NCBI GenBank assembly: GCA_963555815.3
Contig: CAUVWX020000001.1
Coordinates: 32,001-96,000 of the forward strand
Length of the DNA stretch: 64,000 nt
Origin: a bacterium
GTDB lineage: Bacteria; UBA8248; JACPRG01; G963555815
Direction: 5' to 3'
Made by a program: the position numbers and the translations under genes. The stretch's first letter is position 1. Every line of letters begins with the position of its first letter. The notes below the pieces were generated by a model. It made no database searches. It had not been told where the DNA came from and was given only the letters and a program-made list of their open reading frames with translations. This document shows positions 41,092-49,840 of this stretch, one piece after another.

Positions 41092-42479
41092 CGAGTGCTC
41101 CCTTCCGCAGCCGGCTCTCGAAGGGATTTTAAGCCCCTCAAGGCCCCAACCAGGACGTCCACCGCCTCAGGCGGGTTCTCCTCGGTGACGCAGAAGAGGA
41201 GATGGGAGGTCCCGGGGTCTTTTTGGAACTCGGGATACCAGCGGCCCAGATCAAGACCACCCAGAATCCCGGCCTGCCGTAGACGTGCAGTGACCTCGGC
41301 GGCGGGGAAGGGAACCTTGACGACAAATTCATTGAAAGTAGGAGCGGAGAAGGGGATTTCAAAGCCCGGCAGTTCCTGGATGAGTTTTTTGGCCCGCTCG
41401 GCCCCCAGGGCATTCTGGACGGCCAGCTCTCTCAAGCCCTGCCGTCCTAAGGCCGAGAGATAGACCGCCGCTCGAAGGGCGCAAAGTCCCTCATTGGTGC
41501 AGATATTAGAGGTCGCCTTTGCCCGGCGGATGTGCTGCTCTCGGGTCGCAGCGGTTAAGACATAACCCCGGCGCCCCTCGGTGTCCACGGTCTGGCCGAC
41601 CAGGCGGCCCGGCATCTGGCGGACATAGGCCTCGCGGGTGGCAAAGAGGCCGAGGAAAGGGCCCCCGAAGCTCATGGGGATCCCAAAGCTCTGTCCCTCA
41701 CCGGCCACGATGTCGGCCCCGAGGTCACCCGAGGCCTTCAGAAGCCCAAGAGAGATACCCTCCGTCACGACATGGACGAAGAGGGCCCCTTTGTCGTGGG
41801 CCGCCTGAACGAGGGGGGCAAGATCTTCCACCACCCCGAAGAAATTGGGACTCTGGACGAGGAGGGCGGCTGTCTCCTCGTTGAGCGCCCCAGAGAGGTC
41901 CTCCACCCGACCGTCTTCATCCCATCCCACCTCCATTGTCTCGCCGCCCGTGTGGCGAAGGTAGGTGTCCACCACCTGACGGTATTCAGGATGGAGGCCC
42001 TTTGCCATCACCACGCGGTGTCGCCCGGTGAGGCGCATCGCCATGAGGCAGGCCTCCGCCGTGGCCGAGGCCCCCTCGTAGAGAGAGGCGTTGGCGACGT
42101 CCATCCCCGTAAGCTGGCAAAGGAGAGTCTGATACTCATAGATGGCCTGAAGGGTCCCCTGGCTGATCTCAGCCTGATAGGGGGTGTAGGAAGTGGAGAA
42201 TTCCGGCTTAGAGGCAAGATGGTTCACAACGCTGGGGATATAGTGGGAGTAAACGCCCGCTCCCAGGAAGAAGCTGTGGGAGGCGGAGTGGGCGTTATTT
42301 TTGGCCAAGGCCCCCAGGTGAGAGAGGGTCTCGGCCTCAGAGAAGCCTTGAGGCAGGTTGAGCTCGCGGCCCAGGCGGACCGAGGCTGGGATAGAGGCAA
42401 AGAGGCTTTCGACGTCGGGTGCCCCAATGACGGCCAGCATGGCCGCCACGTCTGCCTCGGTGTGAGGGATAAAGCGCAC
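41088..42479 (-). CDS. gcvPA: Glycine dehydrogenase (decarboxylating) subunit 1
   Basis: [36 protein letters not shown]. Confidence 0.97.
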   Translation of the reverse strand: MRFIPHTEADVAAMLAVIGAPDVESLFASIPASVRLGRELNLPQGFSEAETLSHLGALAKNNAHSASHSFFLGAGVYSHYIPSVVNHLASKPEFSTSYTPYQAEISQGTLQAIYEYQTLLCQLTGMDVANASLYEGASATAEACLMAMRLTGRHRVVMAKGLHPEYRQVVDTYLRHTGGETMEVGWDEDGRVEDLSGALNEETAALLVQSPNFFGVVEDLAPLVQAAHDKGALFVHVVTEGISLGLLKASGDLGADIVAGEGQSFGIPMSFGGPFLGLFATREAYVRQMPGRLVGQTVDTEGRRGYVLTAATREQHIRRAKATSNICTNEGLCALRAAVYLSALGRQGLRELAVQNALGAERAKKLIQELPGFEIPFSAPTFNEFVVKVPFPAAEVTARLRQAGILGGLDLGRWYPEFQKDPGTSHLLFCVTEENPPEAVDVLVGALRGLKSLREPAAEGSTR

Positions 42480-42869
42480 TTACCCCTCTTCCTCTTTGAC
42501 GTAGGCGCTGTAGGCATCGGCAGAAAGGAGGCCATCCAGCTCGCTGGGGTCTGACATCTCAACTTCAATCATCCAGCCATCTTCATAAGGCTTGGCGTTG
42601 ACGACCTCAGGCCCCTCTCCAAGGTCAGAGTTGACCTTAGAGACCTTGCCCGAAACCGGAGCAAAGAGTTCAGAGACCGTCTTGACGGACTCCACATTCC
42701 CAAAAGAGGTGTGGGCCTTCACCTCTGCCCCCACCTCGGGAAGGTCTACGAACATTATGTCCCCGAGCTGCGACTGGGCGTGATCCGAGATCCCAACCGT
42801 CACCTGGCTCCCGTTCGCGCGAGCCCACGTGTGCTCTTTTGCGTACTTCAACTCTTCGGGAAATTTCAT
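42480..42869 (-). CDS. gcvH: Glycine cleavage system H protein
   Basis: GISDHAQSQLGD, VESVK lipoyl lysine, PYEDGW. Confidence 0.97.
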   Translation of the reverse strand: MKFPEELKYAKEHTWARANGSQVTVGISDHAQSQLGDIMFVDLPEVGAEVKAHTSFGNVESVKTVSELFAPVSGKVSKVNSDLGEGPEVVNAKPYEDGWMIEVEMSDPSELDGLLSADAYSAYVKEEEG

Positions 42870-43255
42870 CGTCGCTCTACGCTCCTCCTGGCTGTTTTAT
42901 CCCTGGACCTGCCTGAGAGAAAAAGAAACTCCTGATCTTATAGATATCCATTTAGATGCCCATCGTCCACATCTACCGCCATCTATCGCCGAGAACCTGA
43001 ACACCAAAATGCCAGAGAGCCCTGGCCCCTGCAAGACGGAATTGAAAGGCGAGGGTTGATCCCATACTCACTCATTGAACGCTTCAGCCTGGGGGGGCAA
43101 ATGCGTGCGAAAACCCGATGACTGGCAGAGCCGACTTGACGGCGAGTGTACCACAATATGGGTCTCTTCAATGGGGGAAATCGAGCGTGATCGTCACCCC
43201 CCCTTTTTTGCCCATATGCGCTTTACAGCGTCGTTTCGCCCAGCCTGACGTCTGC

Positions 43256-43284
43256 TTGACTGCGCCCCCAGGACTCCCTAGAAT
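43256..43284 (+). promoter_or_regulatory. sigma70-type promoter for mqnE-mqnA-mqnC
   Basis: TTGACT-17nt-TAGAAT, 36 nt before the ATG. Confidence 0.7.
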
Positions 43285-43320
43285 TCGACCCATTGATTAA
43301 CTCACAAATTCGAGGCTCCC

Positions 43321-44427
43321 ATGCCGCCCATCACCGACGCCCCGCCACGATTGAGAGACCACCGACTCCTCTCCGTCTGGGAGAAAGTCCAGGCGGACGA
43401 GCGGCTCTCAAGGGATGAAGGACTTCTGCTGTTCCAGACCGAGGACCTTCTGGGTCTCGGGCAGATGGCCAATTTCGTCAAGCGGCGGCGCGTCGGGGAC
43501 TGGGTCTTTTTCGTTATCAACCGTTACATCAACCCCACCAATGTCTGCGTGCTCTCCTGTAAGTTCTGCGACTTTGCCAAAAAGAAGGGCGACGCCGGTG
43601 CCTTCGAGCACAGCGTCGAGGAAATACTGGGGATGATCAAGGACGGAGTCCGGGAGGTCCACATCGTGGGCGGCCACCACCCGGACTGGCCTTTCGAGTA
43701 TTACGAGGGCCTCATCCAGACCATCCACGACCACCACCCCCAGGCCCAGATCAAGGCCTTCACTGCCGTCGAGATCGACTACTTCTATCGGCGGTGGAAG
43801 ATACCACCGGAGGACGCGTTGACCCGCCTCAAGGCGGCCGGGCTTCACTCGATGCCCGGAGGGGGCGCCGAGATCTTCTCCAAGCGGATCCAGAAGGCCC
43901 TCGACTACACGGGCAAGGCGGGCGCCGAACGCTGGTGCGAGATCCACGGCATTGCCCATCGCCTGGGCCTGCGGACCAACGCCACCATGCTCTACGGCCA
44001 CATCGAGACCCCGGCTGAGCGCGTGGACCACCTTCTTCGCCTCCGGGCCCAGCAGGATGAGAGCGGCGGTTTCCTGACTTTCATCCCGCTCTCCTACCAG
44101 GTGGGAAACACAAAGCTGGTTCCCCGCCAGACCCCACCGACGGATGACCTCCGCACCGTCGCGGCCTCGCGCCTCCTTCTCGACAACTTTCCCCACGTTG
44201 AGGCCTACTGGGTAATGATTGGCGAGGCGACGGCCTCGGTGGCCCTCCACTTCGGCGCCGACGACGTCAACGGCACGTTGGAAGACGAGAGGATCGCCCA
44301 CGCGGCAGGGGCGGAAAGCCCTGCGGGCCTTGTGCGGGAACAGCTCTTGCGGATGATTCGCGACGCCGGGAAAACCCCCGTCGAGCGCGATGCGCTCTAC
44401 AACGTCGTCAAGATTTGGAACCCGTAA
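43321..44427 (+). CDS. mqnE: Aminofutalosine synthase (radical SAM)
   Basis: NPTNVCVLSCKFC, PGGGAEIF, TNATMLYGHIET, AYWVM. Confidence 0.9.
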   Translation: MPPITDAPPRLRDHRLLSVWEKVQADERLSRDEGLLLFQTEDLLGLGQMANFVKRRRVGDWVFFVINRYINPTNVCVLSCKFCDFAKKKGDAGAFEHSVEEILGMIKDGVREVHIVGGHHPDWPFEYYEGLIQTIHDHHPQAQIKAFTAVEIDYFYRRWKIPPEDALTRLKAAGLHSMPGGGAEIFSKRIQKALDYTGKAGAERWCEIHGIAHRLGLRTNATMLYGHIETPAERVDHLLRLRAQQDESGGFLTFIPLSYQVGNTKLVPRQTPPTDDLRTVAASRLLLDNFPHVEAYWVMIGEATASVALHFGADDVNGTLEDERIAHAAGAESPAGLVREQLLRMIRDAGKTPVERDALYNVVKIWNP

Positions 44428-44430
44428 CCC

Positions 44431-45177
44431 ATGCTCAAGATTGGGCACGTCCCGTACCTCAACTGTGAGCCGTTTTTCGCCTTCCTGTCAGGGTTCGAAC
44501 TCTCCCGGTTGAACCCCCGGATGCTCGGGCGTGCGGTGGCCGAGGGCACCGTTGACGCAGGTCCGCTCTCGCTGGTGGATTTCCTGAGATCGGATCTGGA
44601 ACTAACGCCACTCCCTTTTGGCATCGCCACCCGGGGCGCGGCCGGGAGCGTTTTACTCTTCTCACACCGACCACTTTCTGAGCTCGGCGGCGCGGTGCTC
44701 GGCGTCACCCCTGAGACCTGCACGTCCGTTGAGCTCCTCAGGATTCTCCTCACCCTAAAATATGAAGCCGTCCCTCGCGCATGGGTCGGGCTCGATGAGC
44801 CCTGCGATGCGGTGCTCTTCATCGGCGACCAGGCGATCCGGACGCTCAAGTCCCGCCCCCAGTTCCCCCACGTCATGGACCTCGCAAGCGAGTGGGTCTC
44901 GTGGACGGGGCTTCCCTGCGTCTTCGCCCGCTGGGCGGTGCGAGCCTCGGTTCCTGAGACGGAACAGATCGCCCTTCGGGACGCCCTCAGCGAGGCGCTG
45001 GACCGAGGCCTCGCGACACTTCCCCAGATCGCTCAAACCCGCCGCGACACAGGATTCAGCGAAGCTGAGGTGGTGAACTACCTGAAGGGGTTCACATATC
45101 GACTGGGGGACGAAGCGGAAAAAGCCATCGCCGAGTTCAGCCGACTCCTGAGCCTGGTGGAGGAACGGCGGTGCTGA
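44431..45177 (+). CDS. mqnA: Chorismate dehydratase
   Basis: IGHVPYLNCEP, IGDQA, WTGLPCVFARW. Confidence 0.88.
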   Translation: MLKIGHVPYLNCEPFFAFLSGFELSRLNPRMLGRAVAEGTVDAGPLSLVDFLRSDLELTPLPFGIATRGAAGSVLLFSHRPLSELGGAVLGVTPETCTSVELLRILLTLKYEAVPRAWVGLDEPCDAVLFIGDQAIRTLKSRPQFPHVMDLASEWVSWTGLPCVFARWAVRASVPETEQIALRDALSEALDRGLATLPQIAQTRRDTGFSEAEVVNYLKGFTYRLGDEAEKAIAEFSRLLSLVEERRC

Positions 45178-46244
45178 GCGAGATCCAGGCCAAGGTGAAC
45201 GCCGGCGAGCGGATTGCGCGCACGGAGGGGCTCTGGCTCCTCAGAGAGGCCCCTCTCTTGGAGCTCGGGGCCCTAGCACAGGAGATGCGTTTCAGACTCA
45301 TCCCCGAGCCGCGCATTACGTTTGTCATCGACAGCAATCCTAACTACACCAACGTCTGCATCACCGACTGCCAGTTCTGTGCCTTCTACCGAAAGCCCGG
45401 CCACCCGGAGGCCTACACGCTCACGGTGGAGGAGGTGCTCAAAAAGGTCGAGTTCGCCGCCGAGCGAGGCGCGACGACCGTCCTCTTGCAGGGCGGCCAC
45501 AATCCGGAACTCCCCCTGGAATACTATCTGGCGCTGGTCCGGGAGACCCGCCGCCGTTTTCCCCAGGTCACGCCCCACTTCTTCACCGCCTCGGAGATCC
45601 AGACCATCAGTCAAGTGGCCAAGCTCGGCGTGAGAGAGGTCCTGTCCTGTCTGAAGGAGGCGGGCCAGTACTCCCTGCCCGGCGGCGGCGCCGAGGTGCT
45701 CTCAGAAAAGGCGCGAAAGCGGATCGAGCCCAAGAAGGGCGGGCCGCAAGCCTGGCTCGAGGTCCACCGGGAGGCCCACCGACTCGGCTTCAAGTCCACC
45801 GCCACGATGATGTACGGTCACGTGGAGGGACCCGATGACATCCTCGATCACCTGGACGCCATCCGCGATCTCCAGGACGAGCAGGCGGGCTTCACCGCCT
45901 TCGTCCCCTGGTCTTTCAAGCCGGAAAACACGCTTTTGCGGAAATGGATCAAGCACTACGTCGGGCCGAATCAGTATCTCCGCATGCTGGCGGTGTCACG
46001 TCTCTACTTGGACAACTTCCCCCATATTCAGGCCTCCTGGTTCTCCGAAGGCAAGCGCGCCGGGCAGCTGGCGCTCCATTTTGGGGCGGACGACTTCGGC
46101 GGCACCCTCTTCGAGGAGAACGTGCACGCCGCCGCTGAGTTTGTGAACAAGACGACAGTGGACGAGGTTTGTAGCCTGATTCACGATGCCGGCTTCACCC
46201 CTGTCCAGCGCACGACCCTCTATGAGATCCTGAAGGTCTACTAA
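45171..46244 (+). CDS. mqnC: Cyclic dehypoxanthine futalosine synthase (radical SAM)
   Basis: NYTNVCITDCQFCAF, LQGGHNP, ATMMYGHVE, QASW, EENV. Confidence 0.9.
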   Translation: MLSEIQAKVNAGERIARTEGLWLLREAPLLELGALAQEMRFRLIPEPRITFVIDSNPNYTNVCITDCQFCAFYRKPGHPEAYTLTVEEVLKKVEFAAERGATTVLLQGGHNPELPLEYYLALVRETRRRFPQVTPHFFTASEIQTISQVAKLGVREVLSCLKEAGQYSLPGGGAEVLSEKARKRIEPKKGGPQAWLEVHREAHRLGFKSTATMMYGHVEGPDDILDHLDAIRDLQDEQAGFTAFVPWSFKPENTLLRKWIKHYVGPNQYLRMLAVSRLYLDNFPHIQASWFSEGKRAGQLALHFGADDFGGTLFEENVHAAAEFVNKTTVDEVCSLIHDAGFTPVQRTTLYEILKVY

Positions 46245-46245
46245 C

Positions 46246-47073
46246 TTAGACCGGATCCAGCGGCGGGATTTCGGGGGCGAAACCTTTTGCCTGAGCAGAC
46301 GAGAAGAGCCGCTCCAGGGCTTGCCGCCCCTCGGCCCCCAGCGTCACGGTGTAGTTGTTGACGTACATGAGGACGAAGCGCCGGCAGGTCTCCTTGTCGA
46401 TACCACGGCCGAACTGCATGGCGTACTCAAGGGCCTCATCCTCGTGGGAGTGGGCATACCCGATGGAACGACGGAGCGCCTCCGACAGCGTGGCCCCCAC
46501 GGTCTCCCCTAGATCACGCCGCACCACGTTAATCCCCAGAGGCAGCGGGAGGCGGGTTTCCCGTCCCCACTTCTTACCGAGGTCCAACACCTTGTGGAGA
46601 CCCATCGCCTGATAGGTAATCTGCCCTTCGTGGATGAGAAGCCCCAGCTCGGCCCGTCCCTCCAGGACCGTCTGTGGGATCTGATCGAAGGTCACCTCGA
46701 TAAACGGGGGGTCTCCGCAGTAGAGCCGGAGCAGGAGCGCCGCCGTGGTGTACCTGCCGGGGACGGCCACCGATCGGCCTGGAATCTCCCGCGGGTCCAT
46801 TGGCTCTCGAGCCACCAGGATCGGCCCGTACCCCTTCCCCATGGAGGCGCCGGGATCCATCACCCGGTACCGATCGGCCACCACGGCATAGGTGGCCGCG
46901 GAGATCGCAGTGACCTCGAGCTCCGCTGCGCGGGCCCGCCGGTTGAGGGACTCAATATCCTCAAGGACGTAGCGAATCTCGCACCCTTCCACCTGCACCT
47001 TCCCCGCGGTGAGGGCGTAAAACATAAAGGCGTCGTCGGGGTCCGGGCTGTGTCCGATCCGAATGATGGTCAT
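46246..47073 (-). CDS. mqnD: 1,4-dihydroxy-6-naphthoate synthase
   Basis: GHSPDPDDAFMF, DIESLN, GYGP, LIHEGQ, LPLPLG, MYVN. Confidence 0.93.
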   Translation of the reverse strand: MTIIRIGHSPDPDDAFMFYALTAGKVQVEGCEIRYVLEDIESLNRRARAAELEVTAISAATYAVVADRYRVMDPGASMGKGYGPILVAREPMDPREIPGRSVAVPGRYTTAALLLRLYCGDPPFIEVTFDQIPQTVLEGRAELGLLIHEGQITYQAMGLHKVLDLGKKWGRETRLPLPLGINVVRRDLGETVGATLSEALRRSIGYAHSHEDEALEYAMQFGRGIDKETCRRFVLMYVNNYTVTLGAEGRQALERLFSSAQAKGFAPEIPPLDPV

Positions 47074-47258
47074 CCGATGTCTCCACAAAGACTGCGATCT
47101 GAGAGAGGATTTCTAAAACCGCGCAGCGGTCTTGGCGCGAAAAGGTTACCACGAGGCCATGGCGAACGACATGGTCCACCTTTTACGAGCCTCGTGGGGA
47201 CGGGCGCCGAGGCCGAGACTAGAGGGCGCCCGTATCTTGAAAAAGAGGCACAACCGTT

Positions 47259-47547
47259 TTGAAGATCACCGCCGTCCGCCTAACACCTTTTGAGGCGCCC
47301 ATCTCGGGGGGGGCACGTCCGGACCTACGCAGAGGTAGAGCTGGAGGGCGTCCTCCTCCTGAGAGGAATCCGGGTGATTGAGAGGGAGAACGGGGGATGG
47401 TTTCTCGGCTACCCTTCTCAAAAGACGCGAGGTGGGCAACAGGACATGGTCGTGCCTATGGATAGAGACCTCAAGGCCTCCATCCGAGAGGCCGTGCTCT
47501 CGGCCTACCACCAGGTTTGCCAAGAACCGCCCGGGCAAAAACCTTAG
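47259..47547 (+). CDS. spoVG: SpoVG family nucleic-acid-binding protein, +1 frameshift in G8 run at 47306-47313
   Basis: MKITAVRL N-terminus in one frame; LRGIRVIERENGGWFLGYPS..IREAVLSAY in the next. Confidence 0.8.
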
Positions 47548-48401
47548 AGGAGACCCCTCAGGATGAGGGTGGCCCCCACTAAGGTGAAGAGGAGAAAGAG
47601 GACAACCCGGATGGTCCCAGGGTTGAGGTGGCGGTTGATGAGGGGGGCGATCTGGCCTCCCAAGAGGACCGCCGGGACGCACATGGCGGCGATGTTCCAC
47701 GGGACCTGAAAGTCGGCGATCCCCGTTCCGGTGACATAAAGCCTCGTTGCAACAGCCGCCGTCACCGTCCCCATCACAATCGGGACAGCCGTCGCCACAG
47801 CCACCCGAGGCGGCATCTTTTGCCCGACCACAAAATAGGTGGTCTTGAACTCCCCCACCCCAATCCCCACAAGACCCACGAAGAGGCCCCCAAGGGCTGA
47901 GATGAAGACCCCCAACGGGGTCCGCCTGAAGGCATAAACGTAGAGGCGGCCCTGAGAATCCGAAAGTCGTCTGACATAGGGCGAGGACTCGGGATCGAAC
48001 TGGGCCTCAGTCTTTAGGTGCGCAGAGAACATCAAGGCGGCCAGCGTGAGCAGGGTTAAACCCAGAACGAAGAGGAGGATCCCCTCAGGAATTCGATGGG
48101 CAAAGAGAGAGATGAGGACCGAAACGGGGACGCTCACCGCCAGGACGAAGCCCATGATGGGAAAGTCGATGACCTTCTGTCGCAAGTATCCCCAAGTGGC
48201 GCTCCCGAACCCAAAAACCTCAATGATGAGGCTGAGGAAGATAGCTTCCACCGGATGGATCACCTTCCCGCTAATCAGGGGAAGAACTAAGATGAAAAAT
48301 GGGGTGAACAACACGGCTCCCTCCACACTGGAGATTCAGGCCAGCAGTCAGAAGCCGATAGCGATGGGAAACATGTACCAGAACTCAAACCAATATTCCA
48401 C
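47544..48401 (-). CDS. TSUP (TauE/SafE) family transporter with two in-frame TGA codons (candidate selenocysteines)
   Basis: Multiple TM helices, GLFVGLVGIGVGE, PPRVAVAT, LLGGQIAP; SD AAGGGGGTGA before GTG 48401; TGA at codons 18 and 22. Confidence 0.85.
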
Positions 48402-48478
48402 TAAGTCTCACCCCCTTTCTGTTTGAATCTTTTAGATCAGAACCCGGGCTCCATCAGGACTCTTCGTCTAGAGGAAGC

Positions 48479-48931
48479 TCACCGGTAGAGTCTACCATCC
48501 TCGGTGACGATCCATCCGCCGATTTCTCCCCGGGGCTGGCCCCTCGGCTGGTGGGTGAAGTGGAGGAGCCCGCCTTTTTCATTCCAGCGATATTCCCCAC
48601 GGACCCTGAGCCAGTCCCCTCCGCTCAGCGGGACGGCAGTGGAGACGGCAATGTTGTGCAGGACGAGGAGCGTGTGCCCCGAGGGAAGACGAAGGATGAA
48701 GCGCTGATGGGGAGCGCCTTCCCTGTCCTCAGAGAGGATCCGTAGGACCTGCCCCTCGGCCGTGAGGAAGACACCAGAGAGCTTTCGACTGAAGGCCTCC
48801 TCGGCTTGAAGTCTCGCCCTCTGGCCCCAGGCCACAGGAGGAGAAAGGGAGAAAATGCCTCCTCCCCCAAGAGGCCACAAGGCGAGGAGAAGGACAAGAG
48901 TGCTCTTTTTCGATAAAGACCGAGGGTTCAC
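48479..48931 (-). CDS. DUF3465 family exported protein
   Basis: Signal-like N-terminus; G.PHQRFILRL, HNI, GEYRWNEKGGLLHFTH, GGWI. Confidence 0.8.
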   Translation of the reverse strand: MNPRSLSKKSTLVLLLALWPLGGGGIFSLSPPVAWGQRARLQAEEAFSRKLSGVFLTAEGQVLRILSEDREGAPHQRFILRLPSGHTLLVLHNIAVSTAVPLSGGDWLRVRGEYRWNEKGGLLHFTHQPRGQPRGEIGGWIVTEDGRLYR

Positions 48932-49836
48932 CGCCCAACCTCACACAGAGAGATATCTTTCTTTCGCTCTGCGATAATCTCAAAGGATTTTCCGTCTGAC
49001 TGGACAATGATCGTGCCGTCCCGGCCCGTCCAGCAGACGACCGCCCCTTCTTCCTCAAGAGAGTCGAGGATCTCTGAGGAGGGAGGCCCCACGGGATCCC
49101 CCGGCCCGTTGGTGATGATGGCCATTTTGGGCATGACCGCCCGAAGGAACTCACCGTCAAAATCCCCGCTGAATCCATGGTGACTCACCTTCAGAACGTC
49201 GCTCTCCAGATCCCTTCCCAGACCCTTGAGGAGCGCCTGTTTTCTCCCCCTCCCGATGTCGCCTGTGAAGAGGAAACGGACGGCGCCATAAGTCGCTCGG
49301 ATGACCAAGGAGTCCTCATTGAGGTCACCCCAAAGGGGATCTGCCGGGGAGAGGACCTCAAGCCTGAGTCCTGCCGGATGGTCCCAGATCTCCCCACTTC
49401 GGACGACCTTCGCGCGGCTCCTCACCTGCCTCACCTCTCTGCGCGCCTCTTCAGTGTCTCCGTCCGCCCCATTCTCCCACACCTCATCGGCTGGAAATAA
49501 GCGGAGAGTCTTCGCTATCCCTCCAAGATGATCGCGATGGGGGTGAGTGGCAATGGCGAGGGACAACCTCTTTACCCCAACCTTCATCAGATAGGCCCGG
49601 ACTTCTTGCCAGCGCTCCGGATGGCAGCCATCGAGGAGCACAGGCCGGCCCTGAGCGGGCTCAAGGAGGATGCAGTCGCCTCGCCCCACGTCCAGGAAGT
49701 GGACACGAAGGGGGACGTGCCCCGCACCCACCAGCGGGAGGGCCAGCAGGGCTAACGCGAGGCGAAGAGACAAAAAGGGGGAGGGTCGTGTTTGGATTCG
49801 AGGCCAGAGGAACCTTCGAAAAGGTCCCTGTTGCAT
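48928..49836 (-). CDS. ComEC/Rec2-type metallo-beta-lactamase fold hydrolase, exported
   Basis: FLDVGRGD, THPHRDH, NEDSLV, LFTGD, LKVSHHG. Confidence 0.88.
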   Translation of the reverse strand: MQQGPFRRFLWPRIQTRPSPFLSLRLALALLALPLVGAGHVPLRVHFLDVGRGDCILLEPAQGRPVLLDGCHPERWQEVRAYLMKVGVKRLSLAIATHPHRDHLGGIAKTLRLFPADEVWENGADGDTEEARREVRQVRSRAKVVRSGEIWDHPAGLRLEVLSPADPLWGDLNEDSLVIRATYGAVRFLFTGDIGRGRKQALLKGLGRDLESDVLKVSHHGFSGDFDGEFLRAVMPKMAIITNGPGDPVGPPSSEILDSLEEEGAVVCWTGRDGTIIVQSDGKSFEIIAERKKDISLCEVGR

Positions 49837-49840
49837 CTCG

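Noticed and set aside
26214..42869. Absence of hisC, hisZ and gcvT from their operons
   Set aside because: These genes are often located elsewhere; cannot be judged from one window
42870..43250. Glycine riboswitch upstream of gcvH
   Set aside because: Only a CTCTCAGG fragment matches; I could not find the GGAGA and CCGAAG elements in the right arrangement
43408..44448. 346-aa minus-strand ORF and many similar long antisense ORFs (e.g. 948-1817, 29585-30631, 54411-55373)
   Set aside because: Shadow frames of well-supported genes in GC-rich DNA, with no recognisable motifs
47544..48401. Genome-wide TGA reassignment (code 4 or 25) to explain the TSUP TGA codons
   Set aside because: TGA terminates conserved genes at their expected ends (rpmG, rplK, prfA)
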